This document shows, one piece after another, positions 36,201 to 48,125 of a DNA stretch of 64,000 bases; within the stretch, counting starts at the first letter, position 1; the number at the start of each line of letters is the position of its first letter. A program made the position numbers and the translations under genes. Below the pieces are notes generated by a model. It worked only from the letters and a program-made list of their open reading frames with translations, was not told the DNA's origin and did not search any database. This DNA comes from Heptranchias perlo (taxonomy: Eukaryota): the NCBI RefSeq assembly GCF_035084215.1, contig NC_090356.1, positions 13,206,001 to 13,270,000 of the forward strand. The letters are read 5' to 3'.

Positions 36201-39200
36201 CTAGTGAGAGGTGGTATATAGTAACTGGCCAACTGCTACTTGTGTTAAACAAACATTTTTTAATAAATAAAAATTGAAATATTTTGATTTCTGTTTTATA
36301 AATATTAAAATGTTAAATTCTTAAAAGTAATGTTTCTATCAATAATTTTAATACGTGTTTGTATATATAATATATCTTTAAATGTTTGATTAGAAGCAAT
36401 TATGTAATGGTTCTATTTATTGATTGCTGTAATGGAAGAAAACCTAATCAAAGACTGTTAATGAGACTGTTGAAACTCTTCTGACTGTTGTGCAGCACCT
36501 GTGATATCTTGCAGCTTCTCAATTTCTGATTTGGCTGAATCTTGATTACTGGAACTGAGCAAGAAGAATTGTTCTGTACCGTTGTCGCTAAAGAAGACTG
36601 GGGAGAATTGAAAGTGCTTTCACTGAGTATTTGCTTCAAATGTTACCGAGAAGAGCATTTCCATAATATTTGATTGCGTGGCCCATAAAATTGGATAAAG
36701 ACTGATTTCAAGTGTACAAAGAATCAAGTCACATTGATCTTTAATCTGTACAGGCTTGAGAAGATATCAGTGACTGGAATATTGCCGGTGCATGGAAAAA
36801 CTGTTATTTTTTGCGATTTACATGCGTTTGTGAAGAAGTTTGACAAGAAGTTCAGATATTCTAGCATGGATCATTATCTCGAGACTTTCATTAAATATGG
36901 ATGTTTTAAGTACGCCTTAATTTTACATTGCATGTCTTGAGTTGTATTGGTTTATCACGAGAGCAGGCCAGTGAGTAGATCAGCACGGAGGTTAAAATGG
37001 GTTCTCTGCGTTTTTCTTTTTTTTTCTTGTGTTCATTACCATACAGGGATCAAAATGCTTATTTGTGCAGTACATGCAGATTTTTAAAAATGGCTTACCT
37101 AACATAGCTGTGGAAGTATAAATTGGCATAAAAGATGCTGTGGGGTTATACCAGAGTTTTTAATAAACGACATTACCATTTCACGAAAAACCCAATGTAA
37201 TCCATGTATGTGGGGATCTGGTCTTCAGTGACTTTAATGGTCTGTTTTTGGCAACCTGATAATTCTTGCACAGTATTGAAGTCGATTCTGAATGTCTGGG
37301 TTTGAATTCCTGTCTCAACTGCTATTTGAATATGGTTAACTTCTGGCCAAATTATGGCAATTGCTGAGATTTTAGTTGGGGAATCTTGCACTTTTGGAAT
37401 ACTAATTCTCAGGGGAGGGATGCTGTCTTGTGAGACTTAATTCATCTCAGTAAATGTTCAGTTTTCTAGTATAAAGTGACGTTGATAACTATGGAGAAAT
37501 CTGCATTTCATATTGGCCTGCATACTTGAAAGAAGGTGAATAGGAAAATAGAAGTTGAGAAAGTGTCATGTAAAAACTGCATTTGGATCAGAGCATTGGA
37601 TCTAAATGTACTTTAAAGCAGCTAGAATTGACAGTTAAGTAATTCTGCTTGTCTTGACAATGTTGAATCCCTGGAGCTGTGCTTTGGTTACAAACTGTAG
37701 TTTCTCATCAAGAAATAAATTGTAATGGTGTTTTGATCTGAATTGACGTAAGTTTATGGACTAGCCAATCTGCATCTTTGGCAAAAAGCATTTGGTCATC
37801 TCCAGATTCTTTAAATTGTTCATTTTTGTTTTTTCATTGTTCTACTTTTGGTTGTGCTACAAAAGTAACAGAAAATTGAGCATTTTGAACCCTGTGTGGC
37901 TGTTTAACTTTTCATTTTAAAGCATTTACTCTCAGAAATTAGCAGTATATTGGGTGGGTTGCCGCAACGTTTTTGTTGTCTTTTTCAGGAATTATATGAA
38001 TGACAGCCTGCGGACAGATGTGTTTGTCCGGTATCATCCAGAGACCATTGCCTGTGCGTGTATCTACTTGGCTGCTAGGGCACTTGAGGTTGGTGAACAT
38101 CTGCTTCCTCCCCACAAACACACACTTTTCTCTCCCCTATTGAATGTTTTGTCTTGCTGGGATGTGGTTCTACAGTTTCTGGCCAGTTGTCCAGTCTCAC
38201 AGCCAAGTAGCCATTCTTCATATGTAAGTCAGGCACTTCAACTGCAGAGGAAATCATAACCAATCTTATCAAGCAAGAAGTCATCGGTTGTGGTTGTGAT
38301 CCCCGACTTCTCTTTTTAAAAAAAAATCTTGCTTCCTCTGCCACACTGACCCAAAGGCGATAGAAACCTATTGCCCTGGCTAAGACCAGCAAATGGAGCA
38401 CAGATTAAATCTGGGTCCTTCTGGCCTATATGGTTTAGTACTACTCTGGGCAGTGACTTTACCCTGTAGGTCATTGGAGGAATGAATGCAGTCTTTAAAA
38501 GGAGTGTTAAGTATAGAGGTTGACTATATGCATGCAACTTTTAGTCACTAGTTTGTTTGACTCTGCAGAGCCAGTAACCATAAGAATGACCTGGGTACAG
38601 TGTTTGTAATCCATTTTGTCTAGGTTAATGGAAGTATTTTGAGTTGCATTGAGAATGCTAAACTCAAGTAAGTTAATTTATTCAGCATGTAATCTAGTTT
38701 AACTGTTTTGCAGATTCCACTTCCAAATCATCCCCATTGGTTTCTACTGTTTGGAACAAGTGAAGAAGAAATGAAGGAAATCTGTGTGAAAATCTTAAAG
38801 CTCTATACCAGGAAAAAGGTCTGGATCTTTGAGATACAAATTGTTTGTATTGCCTTTTTTTTTCTTTCAATGATAATGAATACAATGGGACTTGCTCTTA
38901 ATTTAGAGATTCAACTATTCTTGCAGGCAAATTTGGAATACCTTGACAATGAAGTTGAAAAGCGGAAGGTGGCTCTTCAAGAAGCGAAAGCTAAAGCCAA
39001 GGGTCTTTTGCCAGATGGTACACCAGCGTTAGATGCTCCACCTAGCTTCTCGCCGTCCTCAAAACCAGGTGAAAACTTTTATTTTGTTATGTTTTGTGAA
39101 ACTAAAAGCAACTTGATTGGATTGCCATTTGTCCTGCTTCTAGTCACCTGATAGTTTTTAGCACTTAACCAGTTACTTCAAACTTAATGTGATAACTCAC

Positions 39201-42200
39201 CTTGTGATATAATGATTCCAGTTATTTACATGTATAATCTGTTTTGTGTTAATAACTAATCAAATGACTTATGAAGCCCTCAATGTTAATTAAATTATTG
39301 CTTTGGCCTACATATGTACTTCTTAAAAGAAATAGGTGAGAAAATTGCAGGTGCTTTAATCATAATTTTTCAAAGCTCTCTAAATTCAGGAATTGTGCCT
39401 CTGGATTGGAAAATTGCAGAAATCACTCCATTGTTTAAGGAGGGAGGGAGAAACCAGGTAACTACAGACCTGTCAGTTTAACATCAGTTGTGGGAAAGTT
39501 ATTGGAATCTATCAGAGACAAGAGTGATTGAATACTTGGACAAGTAGCAGCTGATCAAAAAGAGTCAGCGTAGATTTGACGGGTAGGTCATGTCTGAGTA
39601 ATCTGGTCATGTCTGACTAATTTAGTTGAATTTTTTGAGGTCACTTGCATGGTGGATAGGGGAGAGTCTAGGGTTATTGTCTATATGGTCTTCTAGAAGG
39701 CATTTGATATGGTTTCGCAAAAAACATTAGCAGAAATGAAAGCGCTTGGAATTGGAAGTAGCCTCGTAACGTGAGTTGGTAATTGATCAGGGGATAGGAG
39801 ACAGAGTGGGGATAAATAGAATGTTTTCTGATAGTGTGACGAGGTGTTCCCCAGGGATCTGTACTGGAGCCTCAGCTTTTCGCTATATGTATTAATGACT
39901 TGGATGAAGGAATAGAAGTTAGGTGGCACAATAAACAGTGTAGATGGGAGCAGAAAGTTGTAATGGGATATCGATAGATTAATGGGCAAAACTGTGGCAG
40001 TTGGAGTTCAATGTGGGGAAGTGTGAGGTTATCCACTTTGGATCTAAGAAAGATAGATCAGAGTATTTTCTAAATGGTGAGCAGCTAGGAACTGTGGAGG
40101 AGCAGAGATTTAGAGGTCCAAGTACAGAAATCACAAAGTTTAGTGGACAGGTACAAAAAAAATTTTAAAAGGCTAATGGAATGTTGGCCTTTGTCAATGG
40201 GGCTGGAATACAAAGGGTGGAAGTTATGTTAGTTATATAAAGTCTGGTTAGACTCCATTAGAGTACTGTGTTCAGTTCTGGACACTACACCTCAGGAAGG
40301 ATATACTGGCCTTGGAGGAGGTGTAGTGCTGATTCACCAGAATGATACCAGGATTAAAAAGTTTAAATTATGAGGACAGGTTGTATAGACTAGGCTTGTA
40401 TTCCCCTGAGTTTAGAAGACTCAAATGAGCTGTTTAAGATTAAAGGATTTGATAGGGTAGATAGAGAGAAACTATTTCCTCCGGTGGGGGAGCCCCGAAC
40501 AGGGGGCATAGCCTTAAAATTAGAGCTAGGCCATTCGGGGTGATGTCATGTAGCACCTCTTCACACAAAGGGTAGTGGAAATCTGGAACTCTCTTCCCCC
40601 AAAAAGCTGTTGAGGCTAGGTCAATTGAAAATATCAAAACTGAGATTGATAGATTTTTGTTAGACGTCGGTATTAAGTGCTACGGGACCAAGGCGGGTAG
40701 ATGGAGTTCAGCCATAATCTAATTGAATGGCGGAACGAGTTCGAGGATCTGAATGGCCGCCTCATGTTCCAGTATGATTTGCTAATATTTTCTCCAATAA
40801 TCTGTTCTTTATAGATTCTCCCAAGGATGGAAAGTTTGAAAAACCTTCACCGCTATCTGTTCAGGCAATGAAAAATGTTAGAAGAAAACTGGATGAGGAA
40901 GAAAAATGGCCCCGATCTACTAGTCCGTTTAATGGGTGAGTAAGGAATATACCATACATGTTTTCATTGATGCTGAATCTCATTCTGTAGTTAGAGTAGT
41001 GAATTTAAATTGTTAACAAAGATTTATTGTTGACCAGTTATAAATGATTCTGAATAAGATGCTGAATACTATAAGATAACAGGAAAATTGCCTCATGTAA
41101 GAAGGGGTCTTGTAACTGCCCCAAAAAACTCACCCACAGGACAGCACCGTATTACCAGAATTTTCCTCATCTGACTTCTGAAGAAAATCTGTCCGAGTCA
41201 GTTTCGTTGTTAATATAGGTTTGTACTTTATAATTACAAAAAAATACTTTTGTGTTTCTAGTGTTCAAAAAGGGAAGAGTAGCAGAAGTCGAAGCAGAAG
41301 CAAAGGTCGGAGTTACTCAAGGTCTCGCTCCAGATCACATTCCCCTAGGAGGCGGTAAGTGAAACATTTTAAAATGCCAGAATTTCACTGGCTTGTGTTA
41401 TGATTTTCTGCCTGTGCCAGACATTTCTCTCATGCTTGTGCAAAAGATCACACCAGTAAGCAAACGCCTCACTCTATGAACCAAAGTGATTTTATACATA
41501 CAATATCTGGTAAAGTAGTTATTGCCAGGTGTTGAACAAAACACCCTTTACAGTTACTGGCTCACTGGAAATGCCACAAGCTCTGTCATGCTGTAGTCTG
41601 CACATAGCAGAAGAACAATCACTGTCAGAATTCATGCCTGAGGCTGTAATCAAGTCCCCGTTTTTCCAAGATTTCATAGCCACTGAATTTCCACATGGCC
41701 ACAGAATTGACTGTGCTCGATGCTCCCCTACCTCTAAGAAGGTTTATTTTCAAAATCATAGTGAATAACAGCAGGCAAAAATAATAGAAAAATGCTTTTC
41801 TTCTGTGGAGAATCGCATATGATGACAATCAGTCAATTAGTGCCTTGGCATGAATCTTAAAATTTATAGGAAAAGGGACCAGAAGTTTGACTTCTTGAAC
41901 ATAAAGTGCTCTGCTCCTATTCACATGCTCCAATTCATCAGAGGATTTTCTGCTTCAAGAACCCTTTGCTTGCTGCCCTTGTCATCTTTATTTTAGCACT
42001 GGTTATTTTCTTAATTTGGTGTTTTGATCAGGTAAATGTTTTAATATTGTGTTAAATAGGGTTTTATATTTGAACTCGAGAACTTGGGTCTGATTTTGCT
42101 TTGTTTTTGAGGCTCTGTTCCTTGTGTTGAGCCTTATTCTGCAGGAGCAGGGATTGAATAATCTGGCATGGAGGTCAGACCTTCCAATTTCCAGATAATA

Positions 42201-44453
42201 AATAACACCACAGATTGAGTGGACTGATCTATTGTGTCATTCTCCAACCTGTGTTCCCTTAGTGTGAGACGGCACAAAACATCTTGTGTTTAAATAACCT
42301 TTTTTCTTTTGTCATGCTGTAAGAGAATTTGTTAGAATTTACCAATTTGTTGCTGTTTTAAGGATGTATTAAGACCGTGAGTTATGTTGGTGTTGAGTGA
42401 TTTCCACTCCACAACGATGCTAAACTGGCAGTATAAATCAGAAGTCAGGCCCAACCTGACTCTGGAGCAAAGCATAGTGAGACTCTGGAGTAGATAGGCT
42501 CTCACTATTTTGGTTTGCATGGCAGAATACATGCAACATGGTGTCAAACCTGGTTTGCAAAGTGCTCAGGAGTTCATTGAATCCTCTGGGCACTTTGTGA
42601 AGCTACTGGAACTTAATTTAAATGTTGAGAGCAGTGATTCTCTCTTCCTGGCTCTCTAAACATGTACATTTCTAGCTTCTGAGAGAGAGTTCTGTCTGTA
42701 TCTGGGTATATACATGTAGAGTTCTGGCCAAGGAGTTAACAGTGTAAACAGAGTTCTGCCTTGTTGAAACCTGAACTGCTGTTAGTAGTCTCAGACTGGT
42801 TGTTACAATATAAATGTAACCCAAATTAACAATTAGAAATTGGATAGACCCGCTGCAGAATCTACATTTTCCTTTTAAGAAAAATTGACCCTAGCTACCC
42901 TGGAATCTACAAATCTGCTTTATCAAAACCTCAACAGATTTAATCACTTTACAACATTTAACTTGCAAATTTGTGGTCAAATAATAAAAGTGGCAACTCT
43001 TCACAAACTCTTTTAAGAGAACTGAACTTGGACTAGTGTCTGTAACTCAAGCTTGTACATGAGGTTGAGTCCATCCTGTTGAGCCTTTACCTGTTCACTT
43101 CCACAGCTTTTCAAAAAAAAAAGTCATAGGAATCTTTCTATTACATTAAAAGTTTTCCAATTTGTCAATGTATTCTAAGACGAACCACATCTCTTTTTTA
43201 AAAAAAAGCACTAGGAAACAAATGACAGTGCCTGGAAAGACTTCAACCCCCTCGCACCTTATTTCTTAGAAAACTTAAAGCAATGAGCAGGCGGGTGGAT
43301 GTTCAGGAGAGCAAGGAAGAGAAACCTTTTTCATACCTACGTGAGCTGGATTGGAGTCCATATATGTTACCGTTACAGACTATTAGTACTGAAAGTTGGC
43401 AAACAAGAGTGCCGTCAGTGTGCCATTAGCACTACTACTGACTAACTACTAGGCTACTATTTCAAAAATGAATTTCTTGGAGTAGTGTGAGAGCATTTGT
43501 AGTGGATTTTTCTAGTTTTAGTATTTCTATTGACCTCATTAAAAGATTCTCAAGATGTCCTGAGATGGCAGGACTGTCTTATGAGGAGAGATTCACTCGA
43601 GTTTAGAAGAATGAGAGGTGATCTCATTGAAACATATAAAATTCTGACAGGGCTAGACAGACTGGATGCAGGGAGGAGGCTTCCCCTGGCTGGGGGTTCC
43701 AGAACGAGGGGTCACAGTCTCAGGATACGGTTAGGACATTTCGGACTGAGATGAGGAGAAATTTCTTCACTCAGAGGGTGATGAACCTGTGGAATTCTCT
43801 ACCACAGAAGGCTGTGGAGGCCAAGTCACTGAATATATTTGAGGAGCTAGATAGATTTCTAGACACAAAAGGCATCAAGGGGTATGGGGAGAGAAAGGGA
43901 ATATGGCTTTGAGATAGAGGATCATATTGAATGGCGGAGCAGGCTCGAAGGGCCGAATGACCTACTCCTCCTATTTTCTATGTTTAAAATCCATTACTTC
44001 ATATTACTAAGTGTTTTTAGATTGTACTTTGATACTATTTGTGTTCTGGGACTCTTTGTTTAAACAAAAGTCTGCTCTGTCAACAGAAGAACAAGAAGTC
44101 GTTCTGCATCCAACAGCTCTCGATCCCGCAGCCACTCAAGAAGCCGCAGTGATTCCCCTCCACAACGACACAAACGAAGCTCACCTTACATTGGCAGGCC
44201 AAAAGCCAAAGAATATGATGATATGCGAGAATACAAATACAATTCCCATAAACACAGGCGATCGCACAGCAGAAGCTACAGTAAAAGTTTGTCAAGATCT
44301 AGAAGCAGATCCAGAGAGCGTTTAGATTTTCCTCGAAAGCACAAAGAAAGTAGGAGCCATCATAGAGAGCGAAGGCACGATCGATCACGATCTTACGAAA
44401 GGTCCACAAAACATCACAACAGTCATTCTAGCCATAGCAGACACCGGCGGTGA
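27072..44453 (+). CDS. CCNL2: Cyclin L (most likely cyclin L2), 11 coding exons: join(27072..27272,28940..29014,31780..31889,32960..33080,35371..35435,37989..38088,38714..38818,38927..39068,40815..40935,41262..41354,44087..44453), 499 aa
   Basis: All introns are GT-AG; 1500 nt open frame. Cyclin box [81 protein letters not shown], and a C-terminal RS domain. [15 protein letters not shown] and LEIPLPN resemble recalled CCNL2 more than CCNL1. Cyclin L identity is near certain; the paralog call is less so. Confidence 0.9.
28280..28640 (-). mobile_element. tRNA-headed SINE copy in cyclin L intron 1
   Basis: tttattgcccatcc...tggagtcacatgtaggtcagacc...tttcccttccctgaaggacattagtgaacca...ataaccactatg, same family as 57016-57339. 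Confidence 0.7.
28940..29014 (+). CDS. CCNL2: Cyclin L exon 2
   Basis: [25 protein letters not shown]; AG acceptor, GTAAGT donor; 75 nt. Confidence 0.95.
31780..31889 (+). CDS. CCNL2: Cyclin L exon 3
   Basis: [36 protein letters not shown]; GTAAGT donor; 110 nt. Confidence 0.95.
32960..33080 (+). CDS. CCNL2: Cyclin L exon 4
   Basis: [40 protein letters not shown]; 121 nt. Confidence 0.95.
33652..33790 (-). mobile_element. Degenerate Penelope-type terminal repeat (second family) in cyclin L intron 4
   Basis: The - strand reads ttCTGAcagagtcatagacctGAAACGTTaac...ctccacatatgctgcctga...ccagcattttctgtttttatttcagatttccag, a decayed hammerhead core with a palindromic AACGTT. Confidence 0.5.
35371..35435 (+). 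CDS. CCNL2: Cyclin L exon 5
   Basis: [21 protein letters not shown](W); ttccAG acceptor, GTAAGT donor; 65 nt. Confidence 0.95.
36072..36213 (+). other. CCNL2: Alternative poison exon of cyclin L (introduces a premature stop; beta-type isoform)
   Basis: Strong polypyrimidine tract + AG at 36070-36071. In phase with exon 5 it reads (W)VDPDGK* (TGA 36091-36093). It sits at the position of the known stop-containing alternative exon of mammalian cyclin L genes. The 3' boundary (GTG|GTATAT) is tentative. Confidence 0.75.
37989..38088 (+). CDS. CCNL2: Cyclin L exon 6
   Basis: [33 protein letters not shown]; 100 nt. Confidence 0.95.
38714..38818 (+). CDS. CCNL2: Cyclin L exon 7
   Basis: [35 protein letters not shown]; 105 nt. 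Confidence 0.95.
38927..39068 (+). CDS. CCNL2: Cyclin L exon 8
   Basis: [47 protein letters not shown]; 142 nt. Confidence 0.93.
39322..40772 (+). mobile_element. CR1 LINE (decayed RT and 3' end) in cyclin L intron 8
   Basis: [44 protein letters not shown]-like segments and a CR1 tail. Confidence 0.9.
40815..40935 (+). CDS. CCNL2: Cyclin L exon 9
   Basis: (D)[39 protein letters not shown](G); GTGAGT donor; 121 nt. Confidence 0.9.
41262..41354 (+). CDS. CCNL2: Cyclin L exon 10 (start of RS domain)
   Basis: [30 protein letters not shown]; GTAAGT donor; 93 nt. Confidence 0.92.
43538..43984 (+). mobile_element. CR1 3' fragment in cyclin L intron 10
   Basis: [26 protein letters not shown]...[10 protein letters not shown]; tail gggccgaatgacctactcctcctattttctatg. 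Confidence 0.9.
44087..44453 (+). CDS. CCNL2: Cyclin L exon 11, coding part (RS domain to stop)
   Basis: caacAG acceptor gives the frame [27 protein letters not shown]...HSSHSRHRR*, continuous with ORF 44223..44453. Confidence 0.92.
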
Positions 44454-45480
44454 TGGACTGAGTCTATATCTATGTAGTTTACATAGCTTTGTATTATTTC
44501 ACGACTTACACATAATCTCTTAACTTGTTAAGGAGATTTAAATGGAGGATTGAGGGTTAGTTCATGTAAATTGCACTGCTTGTTTTGTAGTTTTCTGAAG
44601 GCAGATGTAGTGGCTCCTGCTGACATCGTAATCAGTTTTTGATAGTATCTTACCAACTGCTGATTTCATATTAAATATTTTCTGATAAACTTTGGTCGTG
44701 TACAGTTTACACAGCCTTGTATTGTTTCAGGGTTTCTAAATTATTTTTTTTAAACTTGCCTGTGTTAAACGTGACATTTAAGATTTGCTTTCCTGTTAAA
44801 TGTTTGTATATAAGGCTGTAAACAGAAGTACATGTGCAATGCACTTGGGGGGGTAGGTGGGGGGGAAGGGGGGAGAGTGAGAGAGAGAAATGCCCTCTTT
44901 GGTACAGTCACTTGCATCTGGCTTGAAACTACATTTTGTAGACAATGTTGTCTCGGCACATTTGAAGGGGTGTGCAGTCAGGTGCCAATTTCATATAGCA
45001 AAATTAAAAATAAATCCCTTTTGAATGTGTGAATACTTATCACCTGTTATGTTGTACTCGGTCCAAACTATTATACTTGGATTGACGGCGATATGGTTTT
45101 TAAAAAAAGATACATGGCTACTTTTTTTGCTGCTGCATACACTAATGTATTTTTCAGAAAGTAGCCATGCTCTTTGTAGTTATGTAAAGTACTTTAAACA
45201 TTTTTTCTTCGGGAAGTAATAATGTACCTATGATAGTGTGGTTATTTGTAATTTGTAAAGAGATTTTCAATTTTTTTTTGAGAGGGGAGGAAGGTTATTC
45301 ACAGCTGATAATTGTCTGTCTGTTCAAGTGTACATGTTCTGTCCTATTAAGATAAATTGCTTAAAACCAGGAGATACTGTATATAAACCAGCCTTTTAAT
45401 GTAGTGCAGCAAACATACATGTGCCTTGAATATGTAAGTTTTATGAACTACAAATGGAATTTGAATATGCATATACTGTA

Positions 45481-45486
45481 AATAAA
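45481..45486 (+). terminator. Candidate polyadenylation signal of cyclin L (3' UTR about 1 kb)
   Basis: AATAAA preceded by several TGTA elements and followed by U/GU-rich sequence; an alternative AATAAA lies near 45009. Confidence 0.6.
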
Positions 45487-47129
45487 TTTTTTTTACAAAG
45501 AAAACTTGCTAGTGCACTTTTGGTTTTGGAATTGTGCCAATTTCTAGTAGGCCTTTGCACTTAATGGTCATTACCATGACTAGTCATTAATATCTTAAAT
45601 TATTAATCCAAGCTCAAAACAAAATACCTTTTTGTTGATGTTTGCAGCCAGGCCTGATACAGTGGAAGACGATAGGAAATCACTGCACGCGCATTATGGC
45701 TGCACAAGGTAGTAGGAGTCTTAAGTGTTACAAGAAAGAAACCGTATGGAAAATCCATCTCTTTCCCTGTAATTTAAGGCCTGATTCAGACAATTCATAT
45801 AATTTCCTTTTTTAAGTCCTCCATGTTAATTTGTTTTCTCTGCTTCAACTATATCAGTTTTCACCAATGGCTTGCTGCCTCTTCTGTGAATGAACTCTGG
45901 ATGTAAAGAAGTTGCTCTCCATGTGCTAATACTAAGCGTTTTAGTCTGCTATTCTACCTAAATAATTTGCATTGAAGGGTATAATATTTGCTATTTTTCT
46001 TCTGTGAATTAAATGGCAACTGCATTAAGTGCTAAATCTGGATGCTTTTTGAGCAGTTGTTCCCAAAAAACATTGTTTTTTTCACAAGTGTCACTGACTG
46101 CAAATATTCACACAACAGCCTCATTCAATATTTAATAGCAGGACCAACATAGTTGGTTGGATCTAACCAGTTAGGTCAACTACTATGTTGATTATCATAT
46201 TTCCAAGTTAGGAAATTCTTCTCACAGTTTACAATATCCTTTCCCTTTTGAAAGATGTTATGTCAAATTCTTTCTAAAAGTTAAAGGGAACTATTGGTCC
46301 TGTTCAAGTGCTGTAAATGAGTGAACGAGCAGCAAAAAGCCTTTTTTTGTGGAGGACTGCAACATTATGATAGACTTTTGAAACAGATGTCACTTTTGAA
46401 GAATATTTTTCCTTTCAAGGGCATTTTCTTGGGTCAGTCAGTTTGAGAGAATAGCCTAGACATTGTGCCCCTTGGCCCCCCCCCCCCCCCCGGTTGATTG
46501 GGATACATCACTGGGGGAGGAGGAGCAGATTTCACCTGCCATGGACATGTGCTCCTGATGCCAGCTGACGATCCGACTTTGGGGCCACTTAAATGCTGGA
46601 GGTGGGCTCCTTGTCCTCCACTGGGGCGTCCCACCAAAATGCAGGCGCGGGCCTCGAGACCAATTAGGGATGCTGGCATCTTGAAAATGGAGACCACAAT
46701 ATGATTAGGTTTGAGAGGGAGAAGAGAGTCACAAAATAAGGTTTTAAATTTAAGGCAAACTTCGAAGGAATGAAAAATAAATTGATCACAGTAAACTGGG
46801 CTGAAATGTTAATGAGTAATCCTACAGACAGAAGTATTTGGTACACAAAACCTGTACATAACCCAAAAAAGGCAAAGGCTCCACTTATCAGCAAATGAGG
46901 TACGAGACCGTATTAAGCTAAAAGAAAATGCTTCCACAAATGCAAAGAAAAGTGGAAATCCAATGGACAAGAAGAGCAATAAAAAACAACAATGGGGTAC
47001 AAAAAGTAATAAGGTGCAAAAGGTAAATATGAAAGAAAACTTCCAAGGGATATCAAAGTAACAGTAAAAGCTTTTATAAATACATTGAGAAAGGGGAATG
47101 TGGACCCATTAAAGACAGATGCAGAAGAG

Positions 47130-47483
47130 ATTTTTTTTATATTCGTTCATGGGATGAGGGTGTTGCTGGCGAGGCTAGCATTTATTGCCCATCCCTAATT
47201 GCCCTTGAGAAGGTGGTGGTGAGCCGCCACCTTGAGTCGCTGCAGTCTGTGTGGTGAAGGTTCTCCCACAGTGCTGTTAGGGAGTTCCAGGATTTTAGCC
47301 CAGTGACGATGAAGGAATGGCAATATATTTCCAAGTCGGGATGGTGTGTGACTTGGAGGGGAACGTGCAGGTGGTGTTCCCATGTGCCTGCTGCCCATGT
47401 CCTTCTAGGTGGTAGAGGTCGCGGGTTTGGGAGGTGCTGTCGAAGAAGCCTTGGCGAGTTGCTGATGGTACACACTGCAGCCA
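47130..47483 (-). mobile_element. LINE 3' end (57-60 kb family)
   Basis: Reverse complement of about 59870-60245, including the tail. Confidence 0.88.
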
Positions 47484-47523
47484 GGATGGTGTCGAGCTTC
47501 TGGATAATGGATAATAAGAAAAT

Positions 47524-48125
47524 GGCAGTGTCCTAGGCCCAACCATCTTCAGCTGCTTCATCAATGACCTTCCCTCCATCATAAGGTCAGAAATGGGGAT
47601 GTTTGCTGATGATTGCACAGTATTCAGTTCCATTCACAACCCCTTAGATAATGAAGCAGTCCGTGCCCGCATGCAGCAAGACGTGGACAACATCCAGGCT
47701 TGGGCTCATAAGTGGCAAGTAACATTTGCGCCAGACAAGTGCCAGGCAATGACCATCTCCAACAAGAGAGAGTCTAACCACCTCCGCTTGACATTCAACG
47801 GCATTATCATCATCGAATCCCCAACAATCAACATCCTGGGGATCACCATTGACCAGAAACTTAACTGGACCAGCCACATAAATACTGTGGCTACAAGAGC
47901 AGGTCAGAGGCTGGGTATTCTGCGGTGAGTGACTCACCTCCTGACTCCCCAAAGCCTTTCCACCATCTACAAGGCACAAGTCAGGAGTGTGATGGAATAC
48001 TTTCCACACGGACTGCAGCGGTTCAAGAAGGCGGCTCACCACCACCTTCTCAAGGGCAATTCGGGATGGGCAATAAATGCTGGCATTGCCAGCGACGCCC
48101 ACATCTCAGGAACAAATTAAAAAAA
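47524..48125 (+). mobile_element. LINE RT fragment and tail (57-60 kb family), internally deleted
   Basis: GSVLGPTIFSCFINDL...MFADDCTVF...; jumps from VMEYF directly to the 3' tail. Confidence 0.9.

Noticed and set aside
38708-39151. 147-aa ORF as one exon
   Set aside because: It is exon 7 + intron 7 + exon 8 read through; canonical splice sites delimit the conserved parts.
44011-44325. 104-aa ORF overlapping the last cyclin L exon
   Set aside because: An alternative frame of RS-coding sequence; the upstream AG at 44069-44070 is out of frame with the RS domain.
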